Below are positions 36,890 to 47,126 of a DNA stretch of 64,000 nucleotides, piece after piece. This DNA is from an uncultured delta proteobacterium. Lineage in GTDB: Bacteria > Desulfobacterota > Binatia > Binatales > Binataceae. The translations under genes and the position numbers were made by a program. How positions within the stretch are numbered: position 1 is the stretch's first letter; every line of letters starts with the position of its first letter. The DNA lies in assembly GCA_963808235.1 (NCBI GenBank), contig CAWEEQ010000004.1:1184001-1248000 (forward strand), written 5' to 3'. The notes beneath the pieces were generated by a model. The model worked only from the letters and a program-made list of their open reading frames with translations, made no database searches and was not told the DNA's origin.

Positions 36890-37942
36890 ATGCCTGAAGC
36901 CAATGTCGCGCGCGGTTCCGCCGAGCCCGCTCCAAGAGGCGAGTACGAACTGCAACTCTACTACTGGATGAAGTTGATTCGCGCGTTCGAAGAACGCGTC
37001 TCGCGGTTGCATCGGCAGAACAAAATCCTGGGCGGCGTTTATTCCGGCGCCGGGCAGGAGGCTATCGTCACTGGAATCTGCGCGCCTCTGCATGACGGCG
37101 ACTTCGTTGCGCCACTGCATCGCGACATGGGCGTGTTCATCATGCGCGGCGTCGATCCCGGACGCCTGATGGCGCAACTGATGGGCAAGGAGACGGGACT
37201 GTCGCGCGGCAAGGACTCGTTCCTGCACGGCGGCGATCTCGAGCACGGGGTTTTTGGATCGACCTCGATGCTTGGCTCGTCGCTGCCGGTCGCGGTCGGC
37301 GCGGCGTTAAAGTTCAAGATGAAGAAGAATCCGAACGTCGCGGTCGCGTTTTTCGGCGAGGGAGCGGCGTCGCGCGGCGACGTGCATGAGGCGATGAATT
37401 TTGCCGGCGTGCACAAGCTCCCGGTCGTCTTCGTCTGCGAGAATAATCGCTACGCGTATTCGACGCCGCTCGAAAAGCAGATGGCGATTGAAGACGTCGC
37501 GGATCGCGCGGTGGCGTATGGATTCAAGGGCCACGTTTGCTCGGGCAACGATCTCCTCGCGGTGCTGGACTTGAGCGAACGGATGATCGCGCGGACTCGG
37601 GCGGGCGAGGGCCCGGTGCTGATCGAATGCAAGACGTACCGTTATCGGGGGCATAGCGAGCACGACGCTGCGCTCTACCGCGACAATGAAGAGCTGATCG
37701 AATGGCAGAGCCGCGACCCGATCCCACGCTTCGAGTTTTATCTCGAAAAGAAAGGTCACGATATCAAGCGGGTTCGCGAGCAGATTGACGAGCGCACGAA
37801 CAAGGAAGTGCAGGCTGCGGTGGATTTCGCGGAAGCGAGCCCGCTTCCAGAACCTCAAGAAGCACTTGAAGATATTTATGGGCCGCCGACCGCTCCGCTC
37901 ACACCCAACTCGACGACTTCTTCGTCCAACGGGAACCGCTAG
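36890..37942 (+). CDS. 2-oxoacid dehydrogenase E1 alpha subunit
   Basis: GQEA, GEGAASRGDVHEAMNFA...ENN TPP motif, YRYRGHSEHD. Confidence 0.93.
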   Translation: MPEANVARGSAEPAPRGEYELQLYYWMKLIRAFEERVSRLHRQNKILGGVYSGAGQEAIVTGICAPLHDGDFVAPLHRDMGVFIMRGVDPGRLMAQLMGKETGLSRGKDSFLHGGDLEHGVFGSTSMLGSSLPVAVGAALKFKMKKNPNVAVAFFGEGAASRGDVHEAMNFAGVHKLPVVFVCENNRYAYSTPLEKQMAIEDVADRAVAYGFKGHVCSGNDLLAVLDLSERMIARTRAGEGPVLIECKTYRYRGHSEHDAALYRDNEELIEWQSRDPIPRFEFYLEKKGHDIKRVREQIDERTNKEVQAAVDFAEASPLPEPQEALEDIYGPPTAPLTPNSTTSSSNGNR

Positions 37943-37947
37943 CCCGG

Positions 37948-38928
37948 ATGGAATCCACCTACATTAAAGCCATTAACTCGGCGCTGCATGAAGAGATGCG
38001 CCGGGACGAAAACGTTTTCGTGATGGGCGAAGACGTCGCGGACCTGGGCGGCGCGTTCAAAGCGACCGAAGGGCTGCTCGACGCGTTCGGTGAGGAGCGC
38101 GTGATCGATACGCCGATTTCGGAGGCGCTGATCGTCGGTGCGGGAATCGGCGCGGCGGTGCTCGGGATGCGCCCGGTGGTCGAGATGCAGTTCGCGGATT
38201 TTATCGCGTGCGCATTCGATCAGATCGTAAACATGGCGGCGACCCTTCGCTACCGGCATGGCGGGAAAGCGAGTTGCCCGCTGGTGATTCGCGCGCCGTC
38301 GGGCGCGGGCGTCCACGGTGCGCTGTTCCATTCGCAAAACCCCGAGGCGTGGTTCACCCGAGTGCCGGGGCTGAAGGTCGTCGCGCCGGCGACTGCGTAC
38401 GACGCGAAAGGAATTCTGAAAAGTGCGATTCGCGACGGAAACCCGGTTGTGTACTTCGAACACAAGCGGCTCTATCGAAGCCTCAAGGAAGACATTCCCG
38501 AGGGCGATTTCACGGTGCCGATTGGTGTCGCGGAGATTCGCAAGGAAGGCGGCGATCTTTCGATAATTACGTACGGCGGGACGCTCAGCCAGTCTCTCGA
38601 TGCGGCGCGAATCGTGGAGAAGGAAGACGGGCTCGCAGTCGAGGTGCTCGATTTGCGCACGCTGCTGCCGCTCGATCGCGAGGCGATCCTTGCAACCGCG
38701 CGCAAAACCGGCAAGGTGCTGGTGGTGCATGAAGATCGGCTGACGGGCGGAATCGGCGGCGAGGTCTCGGCGATTATCAACGAGCATGCGTTCGAATATC
38801 TCGATGGCCCCGTGCGCCGCGTGGCGGCCCTGGATGCGCACGTGGCGTTCAGCACGCCGCTCGAACAATTTATTTTGCCGAGCACCGACAAAATCGTGGA
38901 CGCAATCCGGAGCCTCGCGGCGTATTGA
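37948..38928 (+). CDS. 2-oxoacid dehydrogenase E1 beta subunit
   Basis: GEDV, DTPISE, EMQFADF, HSQNPE, DLRTLLPLD. Confidence 0.94.
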   Translation: MESTYIKAINSALHEEMRRDENVFVMGEDVADLGGAFKATEGLLDAFGEERVIDTPISEALIVGAGIGAAVLGMRPVVEMQFADFIACAFDQIVNMAATLRYRHGGKASCPLVIRAPSGAGVHGALFHSQNPEAWFTRVPGLKVVAPATAYDAKGILKSAIRDGNPVVYFEHKRLYRSLKEDIPEGDFTVPIGVAEIRKEGGDLSIITYGGTLSQSLDAARIVEKEDGLAVEVLDLRTLLPLDREAILATARKTGKVLVVHEDRLTGGIGGEVSAIINEHAFEYLDGPVRRVAALDAHVAFSTPLEQFILPSTDKIVDAIRSLAAY

Positions 38929-38929
38929 A

Positions 38930-40330
38930 ATGGCTATAGATGTAACCATGCCGCAGATGGGCGAGAGTGTCGTCGAAGGCACCATCGCGAAATGGCTGGT
39001 CAAGGAAGGCGATGTCGTCGTCGAGGACCAGCCGCTCGTCGAAATTTCGACCGACAAAGTTGATACCGAAATCCCGTCTCCCGGCGCGGGTCGAATCTCG
39101 AAAATCGTGACGGTCGAGGGGCAGACCGTTCCCGTCGGCGCAACGCTCGCGGTGATCGAGCCCGCCGGCGCGGAAGCTCCTGCGAAGCTGAAAGTTGTAA
39201 CGCCGAAATCTGCGCCGAGGCCGGAGCCGGTGGAGGAAAAATCAGCGGCGCGGCCGAGTCCGCCGCCGAAGCCCGCATCCGCGCCGGCGCCGGCCGTGCA
39301 GGTCTCTGCGAGCACACAAGCCGTCGCGCACGAAGAGGAATCTGCGGCTGGCGGATCGCGTCGGTTTTCTCCAGTCGTGCTGAAGATGGCCGCTGACGAA
39401 GGAATCGATTTGAGTCGCGTACCGGGAACTGGAATCGGTGGGCGGGTCAGCAAGCGCGACTTGCAGCGCTATCTCGAGACGTTGCGCGAGGGCCATGCCG
39501 CAACAGGTGCGCCGTCTCATCCTGCCAACGGTGCCGCCCAGGTTGCGTCACGTCCAGCGCCAACGCTCGCGGCGCCGACGCCAACTCTGTCGGGACCGGG
39601 CTTTCGGCCGCCCGTATATCAGCCGGTCGAGGGCGATATCGTCGAGCCGTTCACTCGACGGCGCAAGCTAATCGCCGAGCACATGGTTTTTTCCAAGACG
39701 CACTCGCCGCATGTCGGCACGGTCGCCGAGGTGGACGTGACGCGCGCGATGCGGCTGCGTGAGGCGCACAAGGACGAGTTCGCGCGCCGCGAAGGTTTCA
39801 GTCTGACCTTCCTGCCGATTGCGGCAGCGGCGACGGTTCGCGCGCTCAAGGAATTTCCACGGATGAACGCATCGGTGGTCGGCGACTCGGTGGTGACCCG
39901 GCGCGCGATCAATCTTGGAATCGCGATGGACACCGAAGACGGCCTGCTGGTCCCGGTGCTCAAGGCGGCGGAAGGAATGTCGGTGGTTGGAATTGCGCGC
40001 GAGATCGAAAATCTGCGCCGCAAAGTCGCCGAGAAGAAAATCACCGCCGACGATCTCGCCGGCGGCAGCTTCACGCTCTCCAATCCGGGACGTGAGGGCA
40101 ACCTCTACGGCTTCGCGATCATCAACCAGCCGCAAGTCGGTATTTTGCGGATGGGCGAAGTGAAAAAGCGCACGGTGGTCGTCGAGGTCGATGGCGCCGA
40201 CGCAATCGCGATTCGCACCATGATGTATCTGGCGCTCTCGTACGATCATCGCGTCGTCGACGGAGTGCTCGGCAACCGCTTCCTCTATCGCACCGCGCGA
40301 ATCCTCGAAGAAGCCGACTTCGAATTGTAG
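38930..40330 (+). CDS. dihydrolipoamide acyltransferase E2
   Basis: Lipoyl domain MPQMGESV...STDKV, E3-binding GTGIGGRVSKRD, catalytic SYDHRVVDG. No E3 gene in this window. Confidence 0.94.
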   Translation: MAIDVTMPQMGESVVEGTIAKWLVKEGDVVVEDQPLVEISTDKVDTEIPSPGAGRISKIVTVEGQTVPVGATLAVIEPAGAEAPAKLKVVTPKSAPRPEPVEEKSAARPSPPPKPASAPAPAVQVSASTQAVAHEEESAAGGSRRFSPVVLKMAADEGIDLSRVPGTGIGGRVSKRDLQRYLETLREGHAATGAPSHPANGAAQVASRPAPTLAAPTPTLSGPGFRPPVYQPVEGDIVEPFTRRRKLIAEHMVFSKTHSPHVGTVAEVDVTRAMRLREAHKDEFARREGFSLTFLPIAAAATVRALKEFPRMNASVVGDSVVTRRAINLGIAMDTEDGLLVPVLKAAEGMSVVGIAREIENLRRKVAEKKITADDLAGGSFTLSNPGREGNLYGFAIINQPQVGILRMGEVKKRTVVVEVDGADAIAIRTMMYLALSYDHRVVDGVLGNRFLYRTARILEEADFEL

Positions 40331-40342
40331 ACGAGGCCGCGC

Positions 40343-41008
40343 TCAGGCGGGATGCGTGCTGTTCCGGGCGCGCAATTGTTGCACCATGTTCGCGATCTCG
40401 CGGCTCAAGTCGCCGACCGTGCGGCTGAGAGCTGCCGCAGCGCCCGCGGTATCGCCCACTTTGTAAGGCTGACTCAGGTTGGATTCGGCAGTGTAAAGGA
40501 TGTCCTTGCCGTCGCTGTCGCGCACCGTCCACTTTGCGGAGAGTTGCACGTTTCCCTGCGCGTCTGCTTCGAAACGGTAGACCTCAATCTGAACCTGCAG
40601 ATCGATATGCGCCGTGTTGTACCACGGGAAGACGACTATTTGCTGAGTCCCCATCTGCGCGGCGAGATCGCGGTTCAGCACGCTGATGAAATTATTTTGC
40701 AGCGACTCGCCCCATCGCTCGCTCTTCGAGAGATCGAGTCGGTTTGCCGCCGAGCGCGTCACCACTTCCTGGCGATCGAGATAGGGCGGCAGCTTAACCG
40801 GCCCAAGTCCTAGCGTGAAATCGCCGCTAGAGCTTTGCGACGCGGCGGGCGGGGCCGATGTCGCGTCTGCCGCAGGAGTGAGGATATAAAACTTCGTGAC
40901 GTCCTCTTGCGGGGCGAGAATCGTTCTGGCGATCGCGGAGCATCCCGCCAGCATTATCGCGATCGCACAGGCCGCACAGGTTTTCACAATCCGTCGGGTC
41001 GAGGTCAT
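40343..41008 (-). CDS. PqiC-like ABC transport auxiliary lipoprotein
   Basis: LAGC lipobox, LGPVKLPPYLDR, RWGESL. Confidence 0.87.
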   Translation of the reverse strand: MTSTRRIVKTCAACAIAIMLAGCSAIARTILAPQEDVTKFYILTPAADATSAPPAASQSSSGDFTLGLGPVKLPPYLDRQEVVTRSAANRLDLSKSERWGESLQNNFISVLNRDLAAQMGTQQIVVFPWYNTAHIDLQVQIEVYRFEADAQGNVQLSAKWTVRDSDGKDILYTAESNLSQPYKVGDTAGAAAALSRTVGDLSREIANMVQQLRARNSTHPA

Positions 41009-41016
41009 CGTTAGTC

Positions 41017-42000
41017 CTAATCGTGGTCCTGGCTGAAGTCGCGCCCGCGAACGATCGCGCTCGGGTTGCGTTGCAGATAGTCCGCCAGCTCCTTGATCGA
41101 GCGCGCGGCCGCGGAGACGTCCTGGAGCGTTTGCACCACCTGGTAGTTTACCGGTGAGCCGGGCTCGATCGTGGTCTGCACAGTGCCGAGTGTTACTGTT
41201 GCCTGCTTCACGGCGGCGTCGGCGGCGACAGAGGTCTTTTGCAAACTGCTCGACAGCGGCTTGATTTGCGTGTCGAGGGTGTCCAGCGTTTGACGGGCGC
41301 TTCCGAGCGTTTGCGTTAACTGCTCGCGAGTTTTCTCGGACTTGGCGAGCGCCACCTTGAGTTCCGGCGTGGTAGCCAGGATGTTGATCGAATCCAGCGT
41401 CGTGGTCATCTGGCTAACCACTTTGTCAAAGTCCACTTTGTCCAGCCGCTCGAAAATTCGGATTGCCACCGCCTGCGCCTGTTCGAGCGTGGTCGGTATC
41501 GCGGGGATTTCCTGCAGCGGAGAACCCGGCGGCGCCACCATCTGGATGCGCGTGTTCGGCTCGATGTCGAGCGCCACGTACATCAGGCCGGTCACAAAAC
41601 TGTCCGAGCCCAGTTGCGCGCGCAATCCTTCCTTGATCAGGTTGGGAACCGTGTGCGGATCGTTCAAGTCGATCGCGGTGCCACCATGAGCCACGATTTT
41701 CTCTTCATCGAGTTCGATGATCACCGGGATGCGGACGTCGGCCTTCAGGGTGCCGTTTTGCCGGTTCACGTCCTGGTCCAGGCGCAGGCGAATCTTCTTG
41801 ACCTGTCCGATTTCAACGCCTTTGAATTTGACCGGCGCTCCGATGTGCAACCCGTTGATGTCGCCGCCAAAATAGATCACGAATTCGTGCGTCTTGCGGA
41901 ACATGTTCCCGGACCCGAAGATCACAACCGCGGTCGTGACCAGGCCGATGGCTCCGAGCACGAATGCGCCTACCAACGCTGGATTGACTCGCTTACCCAT
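41017..42000 (-). CDS. MlaD/MCE-domain protein
   Basis: VGAFVLG anchor, GLHIGAPVKFKGVEIGQV, GLRAQL, YLQRNPSAIVRG. Confidence 0.9.
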   Translation of the reverse strand: MGKRVNPALVGAFVLGAIGLVTTAVVIFGSGNMFRKTHEFVIYFGGDINGLHIGAPVKFKGVEIGQVKKIRLRLDQDVNRQNGTLKADVRIPVIIELDEEKIVAHGGTAIDLNDPHTVPNLIKEGLRAQLGSDSFVTGLMYVALDIEPNTRIQMVAPPGSPLQEIPAIPTTLEQAQAVAIRIFERLDKVDFDKVVSQMTTTLDSINILATTPELKVALAKSEKTREQLTQTLGSARQTLDTLDTQIKPLSSSLQKTSVAADAAVKQATVTLGTVQTTIEPGSPVNYQVVQTLQDVSAAARSIKELADYLQRNPSAIVRGRDFSQDHD

Positions 42001-42868
42001 GGCTCCTCTCTGATTTTTCCGCGTCGTCACTGCCGCGCGTGAGAAAAGTTTTAACGCGATGGTCGGTGGAATGGGCGAGCAGCTCCTTGGGGTCGCCGTT
42101 CGCGATCATCGTCCGGCTCTCCGCGTCGAGAAAGACGCTGTTGTTGCCGATTGCAAAGATGCTGGCCAGTTCGTGCGTCACCACGACGATCGTGGCGCCG
42201 AGATTGTCGCGCAGCTCCAGGATCAGGTCGTCGAGCAGGCGCGAGCTGATTGGATCGAGTCCAGCGGATGGCTCGTCGAAAAAAAGGATTTCGGGATCAA
42301 GCGCAATTGCGCGCGCGAGTCCGGCCCGTTTCTGCATCCCGCCGCTTATCTGGCTCGGATAGTAGCCCTCGAAACCCTTGAGTCCGACCAGCGCGAGTTT
42401 CAGCGCGCTGACTTCCTTGATTTCCGCGGCAGAGAGATCGCTGAACTCGCCGAGCGGCAGCCCGACGTTCTCCGCCAGCGTCATCGAGCTCCACAGCGCA
42501 CCGCTCTGGTAGAGTACCCCGAACTTCCGCAGCATCGCTTCGCGCTCGTCCGGCTCGGCCTTGGTGAAATTGAAATCGCCATAGAGCACTTCGCCTGTGG
42601 CCGGCTCGATCAGACCGAGCATATGGCGCAGCAAGGTGCTCTTACCGCTTCCGCTCCCGCCCATGATTATAAAGATGTCGCCATGGTTCACGACGAAGTT
42701 CAGGTCGTGCATCAGAATGAAATTTCCGAACGCCATCGTCAGGTTCTTCACCGTGATTGGCGGAGGTCCATCTTTGGATGAAATTCGCGCGCCGGACAGC
42801 CCGCCAGATGGCGCCGGCTTGGCATTCGGAGTCCTGGCGCGCGGAGTGGGATTTGTGGTTGCAGCCAT
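41993..42868 (-). CDS. MlaF-like ABC ATP-binding protein
   Basis: GGSGSGKST, ISGGMQKRAGLARA, FFDEPSAGLDP, VVTHE. Confidence 0.93.
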   Translation of the reverse strand: MAATTNPTPRARTPNAKPAPSGGLSGARISSKDGPPPITVKNLTMAFGNFILMHDLNFVVNHGDIFIIMGGSGSGKSTLLRHMLGLIEPATGEVLYGDFNFTKAEPDEREAMLRKFGVLYQSGALWSSMTLAENVGLPLGEFSDLSAAEIKEVSALKLALVGLKGFEGYYPSQISGGMQKRAGLARAIALDPEILFFDEPSAGLDPISSRLLDDLILELRDNLGATIVVVTHELASIFAIGNNSVFLDAESRTMIANGDPKELLAHSTDHRVKTFLTRGSDDAEKSERSHG

Positions 42869-42906
42869 TTCAGAATTGATTATCGAGTTAGTCCTGATCG
42901 GTTCGC

Positions 42907-44058
42907 TTAAATTCCGAGTACATTGAATACGAAGGCGAATATTCCGCACGCGACGATCACATATACGATGCCGGTCACCACCGCTTCGGTTGCCGCGTCG
43001 CCGACTGCTGACGAGCTGTCACCGCACTGGAAACCGCGCAGGCATCCCGCCACCGCGATTATCACCGCATAGACGGCGGACTTGAACACGCCCCCGAAGA
43101 TCATGGTGAGCGTAATCGCAGCCTTCGTCTCTCTTAAGTAGGTCTGCAGATGGATATTGAGCATCAGCGCACTGACGAACGCGCCGCCAAGAATTCCGAG
43201 GCAATCCGCGTAGAGGCAGAGCAGCGGAATCATCAGGAAGAGCGCGGTCACCCGGGGCAGCACCAGGAACTCGAGCGGCGAGATACCCATGGTAGTCAGC
43301 GCGTCGATCTCCTGCGTCACTTTCATCGAGCCGAGCTGAGCGGCAAAGGCGGCGCCGGTGCGTCCCGCCATGATGATCGCGGTCATCATCGCGCCCATAT
43401 CGCGGGTCGTCGCGATTCCGACCAGGTCCGCGACGAAGATGGTCGCGCCAAATTGCTGGAGCTGCACCGCACCCATGAACGCGAGAATCACCCCGAACAA
43501 GAAGGTGACCATGGAGACGATGCCCAACGCATCGACGCCGCAATCCTGGAGCACGATCATGAGGTCGACTTTTCGGAAACGCGCTCTGCCGATCGCGAGA
43601 TTTTTGAACGCTATTACTACTTCACCGAAAAAGCGCAGAAAATCATTCAGTCCGTGGGCATAGTTGATTGTCGCCTGGCCGAGTTCCCCGAGTAACGACG
43701 AATGCGTCACTTCGGCGCGTGCCCCGGATTTTTCCGGGACCGCCTCCGCCAGTTGGATCAACCTGCGAACGCCCTCCGGGAGCGGGCTCCAGTCGGCGGT
43801 AAGTTTTCGCTTGTGGCAAACGTCGCTGACGCCCGCCAGGAAGGTGAGCAGGCCGCTGTCCCACTCGCCCAGGTCGCGAGCGTCAAACGTCAGCCCGGTT
43901 GGCTTCGGCGCGGTGTCGAGCTGCTTTTCAACCGTCGCCGCGGTGGGAAGCCCGTGGCGCAAATGCCAATCGCCGGCCAGTTGCACGACCAACGTTGTGT
44001 TATCGGCGCGCGCAAACGAAAGTTCGCCCGATTTTTCGGATTGTTCCTGCGCCTGCAT
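42907..44058 (-). CDS. MlaE-family permease with N-terminal STAS-like domain
   Basis: WDSGLL STAS-like segment; AGRTGAAFAAQLGSMKVTQEIDAL, VGDAATEAVV. Confidence 0.92.
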   Translation of the reverse strand: MQAQEQSEKSGELSFARADNTTLVVQLAGDWHLRHGLPTAATVEKQLDTAPKPTGLTFDARDLGEWDSGLLTFLAGVSDVCHKRKLTADWSPLPEGVRRLIQLAEAVPEKSGARAEVTHSSLLGELGQATINYAHGLNDFLRFFGEVVIAFKNLAIGRARFRKVDLMIVLQDCGVDALGIVSMVTFLFGVILAFMGAVQLQQFGATIFVADLVGIATTRDMGAMMTAIIMAGRTGAAFAAQLGSMKVTQEIDALTTMGISPLEFLVLPRVTALFLMIPLLCLYADCLGILGGAFVSALMLNIHLQTYLRETKAAITLTMIFGGVFKSAVYAVIIAVAGCLRGFQCGDSSSAVGDAATEAVVTGIVYVIVACGIFAFVFNVLGI

Positions 44059-44129
44059 CCGTGCGGCTCAATAGAGCACGCTGACAAAAGGTAGCACAAT
44101 TCATCGCCTTTCGATGGTACGATGAACCT

Positions 44130-45131
44130 ATGAAAGCGATGGCGGTCGAGAAGCCTGCGCCGATCGAGTCGGAGCCTGTCCGCGCGATCGAAACCGAACT
44201 GCCGGAGCCGGGTGCCGGCGAGATTCGCGTCCGAGTCCGTACTTGCGGCGTATGCCGGACCGATCTTCACGTCGCCGAAGGTGACCTGCCGCCGCACTCC
44301 GCACGCATCATCCCGGGTCACGAAGTCGTCGGCGTGGTTGAACGTCGTGGCGCAGGCGCGACGCGCTTTAACGACGGCGCTCGGGTCGGGATCGCATGGC
44401 TTCGCGAGACCTGCGGAACTTGCATCTATTGCTCGCGCGGGCGCGAGAATCTCTGCCCCAACGCGCGTTTCACCGGCTACGACCACGACGGCGGCTACGC
44501 AGAGTACGCCGTTGTGCGCGACGATTTCGCGTACGCGATTCCGGATACGCTGGGCGACGAAGAAGCGGCGCCGCTGCTATGCGCGGGAATAATCGGATTT
44601 CGCGCAATCAAGCGAGCGGATATAAAGCCCGGCGCAACGGTTGGCCTGTACGGATTCGGCGGCTCGGCGCATCTTGCGATCCAGGTGCTGCGGCATTGGG
44701 GATGCCGCGTATTCGTGATGAGCAGAGGAGGGGTGCATCGCGACCTCGCAAGCGATCTCGGCGCGGAATGGATTGGCGATGCGGAGGATCGGCCGCCGGC
44801 GCCGCTCGATGCCGCAATACTGTTTGCGCCTGCCGGAAACCTGGTGCCGAGGGCTCTGGAAGCGCTCGATCGCGGCGGGATTCTCGCGGTCGCGGGAATC
44901 TACCTGAGTCCGATTCCGGTGCTCGAATACGAAAAACATCTCTTCTACGAAAAAGAACTCCGCAGTGTGACCGCCAATACGCGCGCAGACGGCGAGGAGT
45001 TTCTGAAGATCGCCGGCGAGATCGGGATGCGGACGCATACGGTAGCGTTCGGACTTGGCGAGGCCAACGTGGCGCTCAAGATGCTCAAGCACGACGAGAT
45101 CAAAGGCGCCGCCGTCTTAAGAGTTTCGTAA
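44130..45131 (+). CDS. zinc-dependent alcohol dehydrogenase
   Basis: CGVCRTDLH, PGHEVVG, CGTCIYC...ENLC, PLLCAG, GLYGFG. Confidence 0.93.
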   Translation: MKAMAVEKPAPIESEPVRAIETELPEPGAGEIRVRVRTCGVCRTDLHVAEGDLPPHSARIIPGHEVVGVVERRGAGATRFNDGARVGIAWLRETCGTCIYCSRGRENLCPNARFTGYDHDGGYAEYAVVRDDFAYAIPDTLGDEEAAPLLCAGIIGFRAIKRADIKPGATVGLYGFGGSAHLAIQVLRHWGCRVFVMSRGGVHRDLASDLGAEWIGDAEDRPPAPLDAAILFAPAGNLVPRALEALDRGGILAVAGIYLSPIPVLEYEKHLFYEKELRSVTANTRADGEEFLKIAGEIGMRTHTVAFGLGEANVALKMLKHDEIKGAAVLRVS

Positions 45132-45256
45132 ACGCCGTGCAAGTTCTGCTTCATTCGCGAGACGCGCTCTATTAGCGTTCGTTGACCCGTCGACAGATTG
45201 CTTGATACCTTTGCAGTCGTAGTATCGGAACGAAGATCACGGCGCCAGAGGCATCC

Positions 45257-45793
45257 ATGGCACAAATCATACAGCCGCGCGAAACGTCGAAGGGCGAAGA
45301 GATTCTGCTCGGCGACACCGCGGTGCTGACGCGGCTCGATAAGGCTATCGGATGGGCGCGCAAGTTCTCGATTTTCCCGTATCCATTCGCCACCGCATGC
45401 TGCGCGATGGAATATATGTCGCTAGCGTCCACGCCCTACGACATCGATCGATTCGGCGCGCTGCTGCCGCGCTTCACTCCGCGCCAGGCCGACCTGCTGA
45501 TGGTGGTCGGAACGGTTACTGTGCGCCAGGGCCCGATTCTGAAACGCGTGTACGATCAGATGTGCGAGCCGAAGTGGGTGATGGCGTTTGGCGCATGCGC
45601 TTCGACCGGCGGATTCTACGATAACTATGCGACGCTGCCCGGAATCGACAAGATCATCCCGGTTGATGTGTACGTTCCAGGATGTCCTCCGCGGCCGGAG
45701 GGCGTGCTCGACGCGTTGATGGCGCTGCAGCGGAAGATCCAGGGGCAGAAGCAGAAGCTGATGGCGCTCGGCGAAAAACATCGCGCGGCCTGA
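45257..45793 (+). CDS. nuoB: NADH-quinone oxidoreductase subunit B
   Basis: TACCAME, PRQADL, GACASTGG, PGCPPRPE (N2 cluster ligands). Confidence 0.95.
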   Translation: MAQIIQPRETSKGEEILLGDTAVLTRLDKAIGWARKFSIFPYPFATACCAMEYMSLASTPYDIDRFGALLPRFTPRQADLLMVVGTVTVRQGPILKRVYDQMCEPKWVMAFGACASTGGFYDNYATLPGIDKIIPVDVYVPGCPPRPEGVLDALMALQRKIQGQKQKLMALGEKHRAA

Positions 45794-45823
45794 ACGACTC
45801 AAGCGAACTTCGCGGGATCTCTG

Positions 45824-47113
45824 ATGGAACGCATACTGACTCGCTGGTTGGATATCCCTGACCTTCGCAAGCTCGAGGTCTACGTCGGCAACGGCGGATA
45901 CAAGGCGCTGCGCAAGGCGTTGTTCGATCTCTCGCCCGAAGCGATTATCAACGAGGTTAAGAACTCGAACCTGCGCGGACGCGGCGGCGCCGCATTTGCA
46001 ACCGGCGTGAAGTGGAGCTTCATCCCCAAGGAATCGAAGAAGCCGGTCTACTTGTGCTGCAACGCTGATGAGAGCGAGCCGGGCACGTTTGCGAATCGCT
46101 ACGAAATCGAGAACGACCCGCACGGCATCCTCGAGGGAATCGGGATCGCGTGCCGGGCAGTCGGCTCGCACATCGCATATGTCTATCTGCGCGGCGAGTT
46201 CACGACGCAAAAGAGAATCCTCGACGCTGCGATCGCGGAAGCTTACGCCAACAATTATCTCGGCAAGAATATCCTCGGCTCCGGCTTCGACCTCGAGGTT
46301 TATACGCATCGCGGCGCCGGCGCATATATCTGTGGCGAGGAGACGGGTCTGCTCGAATCGCTCGAGGGCAGACGCGCGTATCCGCGCAACCGTCCGCCAT
46401 TTCCCGCCATCCAGGGCGCGTTCGGATCGCCGACCGTCGTCAACAATGTCGAGACCCTGTGCAACGTCCCGCACATCATCAACCGCGGCGCTGATTGGTA
46501 TAAGTCGATCGGACCCGAGAAAAGTCCGGGGCCCAAGCTTTTCTGCCTGTCCGGTCACGTGAACAAGCCGGGACTCTACGAACTGCCTATGGGCTTTCCG
46601 CTGAAGGATCTGATCTACGATGTCGGCGGCGGCATCCTCGACGGCAAGGCGCTCAAGGGCGTGATTCCCGGCGGTTCGTCATTTCCGATCTTCACCGCCG
46701 AAGAGGCGGTCAAGGTCAACATGGATTTCGACTCGGTCCGCGCCGCTGGCTCGTTGATGGGCACCGCGGGCGTGATGGTGATGCACGAGGACACCTGCAT
46801 GGTCGACGCGCTCAAGACCATCGCGCACTTCTACCATCACGAATCATGCGGACAGTGCACGCCGTGCCGCGAAGGATGCGGCTGGATCGAAAAGTTGCTC
46901 ATCGAGCTGGAAGCGGGGCGCGGCAAGATCGAGGATCTCAAGGTGCTCATCAACGTCGCGGTCAACATGGAAGGCAACACGATCTGCGTGCTCGCCGACA
47001 GCCTCTCGATGCCGGTAAAAAGCTTCGTGCCGAAGTATCGCGACGAATTCGAAGCTCACATCAAGCTCGGACGATGCCCGTTCAAACCGGCTTCCGCGCA
47101 GCAGGCTGCGTGA
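45824..47113 (+). CDS. nuoF: NADH-quinone oxidoreductase subunit F
   Basis: LRGRGGA, NADESEPG, GAGAYICGEETGLLESLEG, ESCGQCTPCREG...TIC. Confidence 0.96.
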   Translation: MERILTRWLDIPDLRKLEVYVGNGGYKALRKALFDLSPEAIINEVKNSNLRGRGGAAFATGVKWSFIPKESKKPVYLCCNADESEPGTFANRYEIENDPHGILEGIGIACRAVGSHIAYVYLRGEFTTQKRILDAAIAEAYANNYLGKNILGSGFDLEVYTHRGAGAYICGEETGLLESLEGRRAYPRNRPPFPAIQGAFGSPTVVNNVETLCNVPHIINRGADWYKSIGPEKSPGPKLFCLSGHVNKPGLYELPMGFPLKDLIYDVGGGILDGKALKGVIPGGSSFPIFTAEEAVKVNMDFDSVRAAGSLMGTAGVMVMHEDTCMVDALKTIAHFYHHESCGQCTPCREGCGWIEKLLIELEAGRGKIEDLKVLINVAVNMEGNTICVLADSLSMPVKSFVPKYRDEFEAHIKLGRCPFKPASAQQAA

Positions 47114-47126
47114 GTGAAATAGTCAG

